Below are positions 30,846 through 36,325 of a stretch of DNA of 36,325 nucleotides, one piece after another (position 1 is the stretch's first letter; each line of letters opens with the position of its first letter). Under the pieces are notes generated by a model that saw only the letters and a list, made by a program, of their open reading frames with translations, searched no databases and was not told where the DNA came from. The position numbers and the translations under genes are program-made. The stretch covers positions 1 to 36,325 of the IMG/VR virus record IMGVR_UViG_3300043960_000006, one strand, 5' to 3'. Origin of the DNA: a virus.

Positions 30846-31323
30846 TGCAGATGTTTTAAAACAGCATATTGATAAATTGCCTGCACTCCCAGATGGAAAC
30901 TTTGCAGGAAACCACAGTGCTTTAAAAGCTCTTATAAACATGCAACCGACCATCGAATCATCCACAAACTGTTCGGAAATTCAGAACAGTTCGGATTGCA
31001 TCAGCAGACAGGCGGCGATTGATGCGACTTGGTTCGAGCCGAGCTACACAGACCCTTTGAACGTTCTAACGGAAGTAAGAGACAGGCTCAAGGCGTTACC
31101 ATCCGCACAGCCAGAACGCACATGCGTAAATTGTGGCAGGACAGTAAATAACGGTGGATGGTATGCAGACGGTAGAACAAGATGCCCAATAGAAGAACAT
31201 TATGCATTGCCGAAAGATGGGTACTGCCATTTGTGGGAGAAAAGGAACGTTACAGTTGACGATTATCCAGAAAGGAGAACCGATGACATACCTATTGAGT
31301 ATTTCGAAAGCGGTGGAAAGTGA
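30832..31323 (+). CDS. Protein sharing the ISRQAAIDA...LPSAQPE module, with a Cys-rich C-terminus
   Basis: ATG at 30832 follows AAGGGAGGTG. Internal CISRQAAIDAT...LKALPSAQPE. C-terminal CVNCG...RCP...CHLW. Confidence 0.55.
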   Translation: MRLIDADVLKQHIDKLPALPDGNFAGNHSALKALINMQPTIESSTNCSEIQNSSDCISRQAAIDATWFEPSYTDPLNVLTEVRDRLKALPSAQPERTCVNCGRTVNNGGWYADGRTRCPIEEHYALPKDGYCHLWEKRNVTVDDYPERRTDDIPIEYFESGGK

Positions 31324-31332
31324 GAAAGGACG

Positions 31333-31542
31333 GTGAAGCGGATGACTAGAGAAGAAGCAATTGTGGCAGTCAAAGAAGTCACAGGAATGTCTCTGCCGTG
31401 GAATGACAGGCATTATGAAGCATTGCAGATGGCTATTAAGGCACTTGAAGAACCGGATGAGAACGGCAATGTGAAATACTGGCATAAGTGCACCGGGTTT
31501 ATAAGAACCAAAAAAGCACGGAATGAGGAAAGGGATAATTAA
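31333..31542 (+). CDS. Hypothetical small protein
   Basis: 69-aa ORF (GTG at 31333 or ATG at 31342), last gene of the cassette. Confidence 0.4.
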   Translation: MKRMTREEAIVAVKEVTGMSLPWNDRHYEALQMAIKALEEPDENGNVKYWHKCTGFIRTKKARNEERDN

Positions 31543-31549
31543 ACAGAGA

Positions 31550-31981
31550 ATGATAGTGAAGATTAAGAGGCTGACGCCGACGGCAAAGATCCCGACGCGC
31601 GGGAGCAAAGAGGCGGCCGGACTGGATCTGTACGCGGACGGCGAGACGGTAGTTCTGTATCCGGGCGAGACGAAAATGATTCATACGGGGATTGCGATGG
31701 AAATCAAGCCGGGATTTTTCGGAGCGATCTATCCAAGATCAGGACTCGCAAGCAAGTACGGTCTGCGGCTTGCCAACTGCGTAGGGGTAATCGACAGCGA
31801 TTATCGCGGAGAGATTGGAATTCCGCTCCGGAACGACGGAGGAACGATCAAAGGGATCAAGGCAGGCGAGCGGGTGGCGCAGATGATCATCGAGCCGTAT
31901 CAGGATGCGGAGCTTATCGAGGTGGATGAGCTTGGCGATACAGAGCGCGGTGCAGGTGGTTTCGGGAGCACAGGGAGGTAA
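31550..31981 (+). CDS. dut: dUTP diphosphatase (trimeric dUTPase)
   Basis: AAGLDLYA, IYPRSGLASKYG, GVIDSDYRGEI, ERVAQMI and RGAGGFGSTG are the five classical dUTPase motifs. The ATG at 31550 matches the duplicated fragment; the upstream ATG at 31523 is possible. Confidence 0.9.
   Translation: MIVKIKRLTPTAKIPTRGSKEAAGLDLYADGETVVLYPGETKMIHTGIAMEIKPGFFGAIYPRSGLASKYGLRLANCVGVIDSDYRGEIGIPLRNDGGTIKGIKAGERVAQMIIEPYQDAELIEVDELGDTERGAGGFGSTGR
31551..31616 (+). repeat. 66-bp direct repeat, copy B (partner at 29962-30027)
   Basis: See copy A. Confidence 0.9.
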
Positions 31982-31988
31982 CAATGTG

Positions 31989-32363
31989 ATGATGATTGCG
32001 ATCATTGCGGTAATCGCTGCGTTCTCGTTCTGTGTGACGATCCTTTACGTCGACGGAAAGGTGATCGACGCGCAGAGCGATTATCTCACAGCCATACACG
32101 AGTGTCTTGAGGATCAGGCGAAAGAGATAAAAGCGCTGTGGCTAATGTCGGATTACTTCCATCACAGGCTTGAAGGGGGTGCAAATGAAGAGCATAGCAG
32201 AGCAGGTAAACCGCCATTATGCGGTGGTGTTAGAGCTTTACAAGAAGGCAGGATATATGCAGAAGGCGCAGATGTACGCGCTGATCAGTGCGCAGATCGA
32301 GGCACAGCGAAACATGGCCAACTGGATGAAGCGCGCCGGGAAGATCTCGACGAAGGAGTTTAA
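31989..32363 (+). CDS. Small membrane protein (3' extent doubtful)
   Basis: GGGAGG RBS, then GTG ATG ATG. Hydrophobic N-terminus MMIAIIAVIAAFSFCVTILYV. The last 60 codons or so overlap the next, better-looking gene and are Arg/Ala/Gly-rich, as expected for an out-of-frame read. Confidence 0.35.
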   Translation: MMIAIIAVIAAFSFCVTILYVDGKVIDAQSDYLTAIHECLEDQAKEIKALWLMSDYFHHRLEGGANEEHSRAGKPPLCGGVRALQEGRIYAEGADVRADQCADRGTAKHGQLDEARREDLDEGV

Positions 32364-32421
32364 AGAGATCGACACACTTTTGCAGGAGTGGAAAGCGGAG
32401 GTGAAGCGGTGCGGAGATTAG
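32185..32421 (+). CDS. Hypothetical small protein
   Basis: ATG at 32185 follows GAAGGGGGTG. 78 aa, helical-looking. Confidence 0.5.
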   Translation: MKSIAEQVNRHYAVVLELYKKAGYMQKAQMYALISAQIEAQRNMANWMKRAGKISTKEFKEIDTLLQEWKAEVKRCGD

Positions 32422-32552
32422 AGCCGGCAGATATAAAAGCAATGCCGAAGAAAGAATTGATCGAGCAAATTATCAGCACAGCGAAAGAGATCAGCACGGC
32501 AGTAGATCACACGATCATATTTGTGCCGGGCGAAAAGGAGAATACAGAGTGA
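32409..32552 (+). CDS. Hypothetical small protein (47 aa, below the ORF-track cutoff)
   Basis: GTG at 32409 overlaps the upstream gene. The TGA at 32550-52 overlaps the GTG of the next gene (GTGA coupling). Confidence 0.35.
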   Translation: MRRLEPADIKAMPKKELIEQIISTAKEISTAVDHTIIFVPGEKENTE

Positions 32553-33022
32553 ACGTTTTTGAAATCCTTCTTGCACCGAAACGTACACAGCGAAAGATCC
32601 AGAGGCTCGAAGCGAAGAAGCAGGCGCTTGAATACAGTCTGCTTCCGGGGGCGATCAGGTACGACACCGACAAGGTTCAGGCTTCACCAAGTGATCAGAT
32701 GTCGGAGCGTGTGACACAGATCGAGGGGATCAACGAGGAGATCCGAGATTTAAAGGAAATCTATCTGCGTGAGATTGAAGAGATCGAGCGTGTATGCGAA
32801 GGGCTGACCGGGCAGGAAGGAAGACCGGATGATGATGGCCGCACTGTGCTGATCATGTACTACGTAGGCAACGAGAAGATGGAGGACATCGCCGATCAGA
32901 TCGGGTATGCGGTGAGCTACGTGTACAAGATCCGAAAGAGGGCACAGCGGGAGCTGTCGGCCAAGATTAACGCCAAGGATAAAAAAGATAAAAAAGATAA
33001 TTTTATCTGTGATAAAGTATAA
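32549..33022 (+). CDS. Late-gene transcriptional activator, sigma region-4-like (RinA/ArpU/DUF1492 class)
   Basis: C-terminal RTVLIMYYVGNEKMEDIADQIGYAVSYVYKIRKRAQREL is a sigma-70 region-4-type HTH. It is the last early gene before the packaging module, the usual place for such activators in Firmicutes phages. Confidence 0.55.
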   Translation: MNVFEILLAPKRTQRKIQRLEAKKQALEYSLLPGAIRYDTDKVQASPSDQMSERVTQIEGINEEIRDLKEIYLREIEEIERVCEGLTGQEGRPDDDGRTVLIMYYVGNEKMEDIADQIGYAVSYVYKIRKRAQRELSAKINAKDKKDKKDNFICDKV

Positions 33023-33027
33023 GGTGA

Positions 33028-33079
33028 AGAGAGGTGAGGAGGAGAGCCTTCCCGCTTCTCTTCCTGCTTTTTCCTCTCT
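33028..33079 (+). promoter_or_regulatory. Polypurine / polypyrimidine hairpin just after the activator gene
   Basis: AGAGAGG (33028-34) pairs with CCTCTCT (33073-79). GGAGGAGAG (33038-46) pairs with CTTCTCTTCC (33055-64), including G-U wobbles. Confidence 0.35.
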
Positions 33080-33138
33080 GTTTCATGATTTCCTTTTGAG
33101 CTTCCGGACGCAGGCGAATCCGGGATACAAGTACCTGT

Positions 33139-33162
33139 GGCAGGCCGAAGGGCCTGCCTTTT
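33139..33162 (+). terminator. Rho-independent terminator between the early and late regions
   Basis: GGCAGGCC-GAAG-GGCCTGCC (8-bp perfect stem, tetraloop) followed by TTTT. Confidence 0.7.
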
Positions 33163-33181
33163 AAATTTATACGAGGTGCAT

Positions 33182-33460
33182 ATGAGAAAGACCAAGAGTA
33201 TCGATTTAATTAATAGTGATGAGATGTGGATGAATGTTGATCGAATCATGTGCGGAGGAAACCCCGTCGTTCTGATTGATCGTGCGACCTTTGCGCCGAA
33301 CGTTTTGCGAGAGCGGGTACGGGCATACGATGCAGACATAGATGCAGTGGTGTGGAAGGTTGCAAGGTTCTATCGGATCGAGACCGTGCGCGGCATGGAT
33401 ACGCTGATCGAGATCACGCAGAAAGATCTGGAAGATGTGAGTATGGTGACAGAGGATTGA
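33182..33460 (+). CDS. Hypothetical protein (first late gene)
   Basis: ATG at 33182 follows ACGAGGTG. The ORF-track start at 33137 would lie inside the terminator. Confidence 0.5.
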   Translation: MRKTKSIDLINSDEMWMNVDRIMCGGNPVVLIDRATFAPNVLRERVRAYDADIDAVVWKVARFYRIETVRGMDTLIEITQKDLEDVSMVTED

Positions 33461-33464
33461 CAGC

Positions 33465-33875
33465 ATGGCAAATCAGTACACGGGCTATCGTGATTACACA
33501 CCGGAGGAACTGCGCGAGTGGATCCCAACCCTGATTCATAATCACGAGCTGTGGAGATTCTATGTGTGTCATGCATGGTTGCACATAAAGCAGGAGGTGT
33601 TGGTTGAGCAGCATCATGAATGCCAGGTATGTAAGCAGCATGGCAAGGCCACACCAACGACGACGGTGCACCATGTGATTCCTGTCAGGGTTCGGCCAGA
33701 GCTTGCGCTTACCAAGAGCAACCTGATGGCTGTGTGTCCTCAATGTCACTATAGGATTCATCATGGAGATCACAGCGAGCGCAGAGGAAAGCCGAAAGGA
33801 ATGCCACAGTGGAAGTGGAGAGAGGTACAGCATCAAGAAGAGCTCACGCGCAAATTTGATGACGAAAAATGGTGA
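33465..33875 (+). CDS. HNH endonuclease associated with the terminase
   Basis: HHECQVCKQHGK...VHHVIPV...NLMAVCPQCHYRIHH: HNH with two Cys pairs, immediately upstream of terS/terL. Confidence 0.8.
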   Translation: MANQYTGYRDYTPEELREWIPTLIHNHELWRFYVCHAWLHIKQEVLVEQHHECQVCKQHGKATPTTTVHHVIPVRVRPELALTKSNLMAVCPQCHYRIHHGDHSERRGKPKGMPQWKWREVQHQEELTRKFDDEKW

Positions 33876-34017
33876 AATTGTTTCAAAATTTGTCGATACC
33901 CCCGGTCAAAAAATTTGAATTGTCTGACAATGGGGGATATCGGGTATAGAGGGGACTCGATTCTGGCGATTTCTCACGCGTGCGCGTAGAAATAACGCCA
34001 TAAACGGAGGGAAGAGC
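33876..34017 (+). other. Candidate cos / packaging-recognition region
   Basis: 142-bp non-coding gap between HNH and terS. Contains repeated caaaatttg motifs, imperfect inverted repeat gtcgataccccc / gggggatatcgg, and palindrome cacgcgtg. Confidence 0.25.
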
Positions 34018-34350
34018 ATGACAGCAGCATCCAAAAGAAAGAAGATCCGCAACAGCCTGATTGAACAGCTAAGGTTGAAGCACGCGGATACGCCATATTT
34101 CCTCGATAAGGTCGAGCAGTATATGAACATGTGGGATACGGTTGACCAGATGGAGGAGCACATAAAACAGAACGGCCTGACTTATTCATCGCATTCGGCG
34201 GCGGGGAAGGAGTACACGAAGACAAACGAATTCGTGAAGCTGATCCCGACGTACGTAAAACAGATGCAGAGTATCCTTGAATCGATGCAGTTACGTACGG
34301 ACAACGTAGCATCGACGGAAGACGTAGACGATGATGCGGACGATCTGTAA
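34018..34350 (+). CDS. terS: Terminase small subunit (P27-like)
   Basis: 110 aa, GGAGGGAAGAG RBS, immediately upstream of and overlapping terL. Size and composition fit P27-family small terminases. Confidence 0.7.
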   Translation: MTAASKRKKIRNSLIEQLRLKHADTPYFLDKVEQYMNMWDTVDQMEEHIKQNGLTYSSHSAAGKEYTKTNEFVKLIPTYVKQMQSILESMQLRTDNVASTEDVDDDADDL

Positions 34351-35992
34351 AGAGATCGACGATTATATCAGGCAGGTGCGTTCTGGCAAATATGCCGTAT
34401 GCAAATATCAAAAGATTCTGTGCGATTACGTCGAGAAGGCGTTCCGTGCGGAAAAGTTACACGTAGATGAGGAACAGCTCCGCCGTTATCTTGCGAAAGA
34501 GCAATATTTCCCGTTCCGGCTGTTCCCGTGGGAGCGGTTCTTGTTCGCACTCCACAATTGCACATACACAAAAGATGGCAGGCTCAGATGGCCTGTTATT
34601 TTTGTGCTGATCGGAAGAGGCGGAGGAAAGAACGGCTATGTTAGCTTTGAGACATTCTCGTGGCTAACGCCGGTAAACGGCGTGCGAAATTACAACGTAG
34701 ATATCTTCGCCAACTCGGAAGATCAGGCGCGGACATCTTTTGATGATGTGCGCGATGTTCTGAATCGGAACCGTGTTAAGTTCCAGAAATATTTTTACTG
34801 GAACATGGAGTACATCAAGAACTTATCAACCGGATCCGTGCTGAAATTCCGAACATCCGGAGCGAAGACGAAGGACGGAGGCAGGCCGGGCGCGATTGTT
34901 TTCGACGAGTATCACCAGTACGAAGACGATAAGCTAATTAACGTCGCAACAACTGGACTCGGGAAAAAGCCGATGCCGCGCCAGACGATCATAACGACTG
35001 ACGGAGATGTGCGTGGAGGGCCGCTTGATGATCTAAAAACAGAAGCGGATGACATCCTTCTCCGTGGGATCGCGGACAACGGGATGCTCCCATTTATCTG
35101 TAAGCTCGACGATGAGAAAGAGGTGGACGATGAAGCGATGTGGTACAAGGCGAACCCGTCGCTTCAATACTTTCCGGAACTTCTTACAGAGATGCGGCGT
35201 GAGTACGCGAAATACAAGATCAATCCGTCAGGTTCATCTTCTTTCATCGTCAAGCGCATGAACATCCCGAAAACCTTCGACGCACAATCCGTCTCGGACT
35301 GGGAGAACATCAAAGCGTGCTCTCGCCCGCTGCCAGATCCCGATATCCTGAGAGGGTGTGATTGCGTCGCGGGCATCGACTACGCGAAGACAACGGACTT
35401 CGTGGTAGCCGGCCTGCTTTTCAAGTATGAAGGCGTTTATTACTGGAAGCAGCATACATGGATCTGCAAGCAGTCGCTCGATTTGCCGCGAATAAAGGCA
35501 CCGCTTCAGGATTGGGCCGACGCAGGATATATCGATTTTATTGACGGTCCGGAGATCCCGCCGGCGCTTCCGGCCGCATGGCTCGGTAAGCAGGCAGAAT
35601 CCTATAACATCACGTATCTGGGAATTGATAACTTCCGGATCACGTTGATGTCGGAGGCACTGGCAGCGGAAGGGTTCGACACCGACAAACACGGGCGGAA
35701 CAACATCCGGCTTGTAAAGCGTGTAACGCAGAACCGGTACGTGCCATTCATATCGTCCCTGTTCAATACGGGGCGGATCGGATGGGGCGATGATCCGATG
35801 ATGGCGTGGTACACGTGGAACACGGCGGTTGAAACCACGCGAGACGGCAACCAGTTCTACAGCAAGAAAGACCCGATCAAGAGAAAAACAGACGGCTTCT
35901 CCGCTATGTCAGCCGCGATCTGTGCATCAGAAGATCTCGCGGATGCAGCGGAAGAAACCAGTTTATCAGAGCTTGAATTTTTTAGTTTTTGA
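34331..35992 (+). CDS. terL: Terminase large subunit
   Basis: 553 aa. Walker A-like LIGRGGGKNGY, Walker B-like AIVFDEYHQ, C-terminal nuclease-like region. Followed by the portal gene. Confidence 0.9.
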   Translation: MMRTICKEIDDYIRQVRSGKYAVCKYQKILCDYVEKAFRAEKLHVDEEQLRRYLAKEQYFPFRLFPWERFLFALHNCTYTKDGRLRWPVIFVLIGRGGGKNGYVSFETFSWLTPVNGVRNYNVDIFANSEDQARTSFDDVRDVLNRNRVKFQKYFYWNMEYIKNLSTGSVLKFRTSGAKTKDGGRPGAIVFDEYHQYEDDKLINVATTGLGKKPMPRQTIITTDGDVRGGPLDDLKTEADDILLRGIADNGMLPFICKLDDEKEVDDEAMWYKANPSLQYFPELLTEMRREYAKYKINPSGSSSFIVKRMNIPKTFDAQSVSDWENIKACSRPLPDPDILRGCDCVAGIDYAKTTDFVVAGLLFKYEGVYYWKQHTWICKQSLDLPRIKAPLQDWADAGYIDFIDGPEIPPALPAAWLGKQAESYNITYLGIDNFRITLMSEALAAEGFDTDKHGRNNIRLVKRVTQNRYVPFISSLFNTGRIGWGDDPMMAWYTWNTAVETTRDGNQFYSKKDPIKRKTDGFSAMSAAICASEDLADAAEETSLSELEFFSF

Positions 35993-36003
35993 GGAGTTGA
36001 AAG

Positions 36004-36325
36004 ATGGGAAGATTCATTGATTTTCTCGGAAATATTTTTTCTCCGGGAAAGATCTATAACATTAAGGATCCGCCGGAAGACACGGAGGAAGAAGCCAGAA
36101 TGCGGACCACTGCTTTTGCCGCAGATGTTGCCGTGAACATGATCGCCGGGCTTGTAGGAAAGTGCGAATTCAAGACCTACATCAAAGATGTTGACACGAA
36201 AAAAAGCGACTGGTATCGATGGAACGCGCAGCCGAATTCGATGCAGTCGGGCGTTGAATTCAAGCAGGCGATTGTACGAAAGCTGTTGAGTGAGGGTGAG
36301 GTGCTGATCATCGACACGATCGATT
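36004..36325 (+). CDS. Portal protein, N-terminal part (3' partial in the linear window; continues at base 128 of the circle)
   Basis: ATG at 36004 after GAGGAG. In frame with 1..987 through the 127-bp overlap (36004 corresponds to -194 relative to base 1; 43-(-194)=237, divisible by 3). Confidence 0.85.
   Translation, partial: MGRFIDFLGNIFSPGKIYNIKDPPEDTEEEARMRTTAFAADVAVNMIAGLVGKCEFKTYIKDVDTKKSDWYRWNAQPNSMQSGVEFKQAIVRKLLSEGEVLIIDTID
36199..36325. repeat. Terminal direct repeat; identical to 1-127
   Basis: See the feature at 1-127. Confidence 0.95.

Noticed and set aside
29843-31608. Minus-strand ORFs 29843-30286 and 31096-31608, which share the peptide LPRVGIFA.GV.LLIFTI.L
   Set aside because: The shared peptide is simply the reverse-frame translation of the duplicated dUTPase 5' segment. 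Both ORFs run antisense to better-supported plus-strand genes.
1-36325. Genome-wide TGA reassignment (code 4 or 25), prompted by the in-frame TGA at 29699
   Set aside because: TGA closes many well-supported genes at the expected ends, with coupled downstream starts. Examples are 3275-77, 11603-05, 12643-45, the holin at 16495-97, and 32550-52. I saw only the one internal TGA.

Overview
The window is a complete, circularly closed genome of a temperate, siphovirus-type tailed phage or prophage. Bases 1-127 are identical to 36199-36325, so the unit length is 36,198 bp and the portal gene spans the junction. Gene content suggests a Gram-positive (Firmicutes-like) host. All protein-family calls come from motifs read by eye in the supplied translations; no database search was run.

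Gene order:
- Plus strand, 1-17465: portal, ClpP-like prohead protease, HK97-type major capsid, head-tail joining genes, major tail protein, tail chaperone with a -1 frameshift, 1275-aa tape measure, a Dit-position protein with two N-terminal ricin-type lectin domains, a Tal-like protein, three modular tail-fibre genes, a membrane protein, holin, and amidase endolysin.
- 17569-20222, accessory (moron) region: an EcoRI-family orphan adenine methyltransferase carrying a perfect 7 x 15-bp repeat that encodes (EKAAA)7. It converges on a five-gene minus-strand operon of small, mostly acidic proteins that ends in a ribbon-helix-helix protein.
- 20265-23425: candidate attP, then the minus-strand lysogeny module (tyrosine integrase, Ltp-type superinfection-exclusion lipoprotein, mini ImmA-like HEXXH protein, XRE repressor).
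- 23426 onward, plus strand: divergent switch with a Cro-like gene. Early genes follow: ERF recombinase, replisome organiser with internal repeats, G39P-like loader, NinB-like protein, HNH, RusA, MazG-like protein, DUF551-like paralogs and dUTPase.
- Late region: a sigma-like late activator, a terminator, a second HNH endonuclease, and the small and large terminase subunits.

No rRNA, tRNA, CRISPR array or transposase was seen.

Most interesting observations:
- the acidic-protein operon, as a candidate anti-defence locus;
- the repeat-bearing orphan methyltransferase;
- a roughly 1.5-kb lower-GC cassette bracketed by 66-bp direct repeats of the dUTPase 5' end;
- an in-frame TGA at a conserved Trp position;
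- a roughly 107-nt hairpin downstream of cro;
- a helically phased AAAGTTA x6 array upstream of int.
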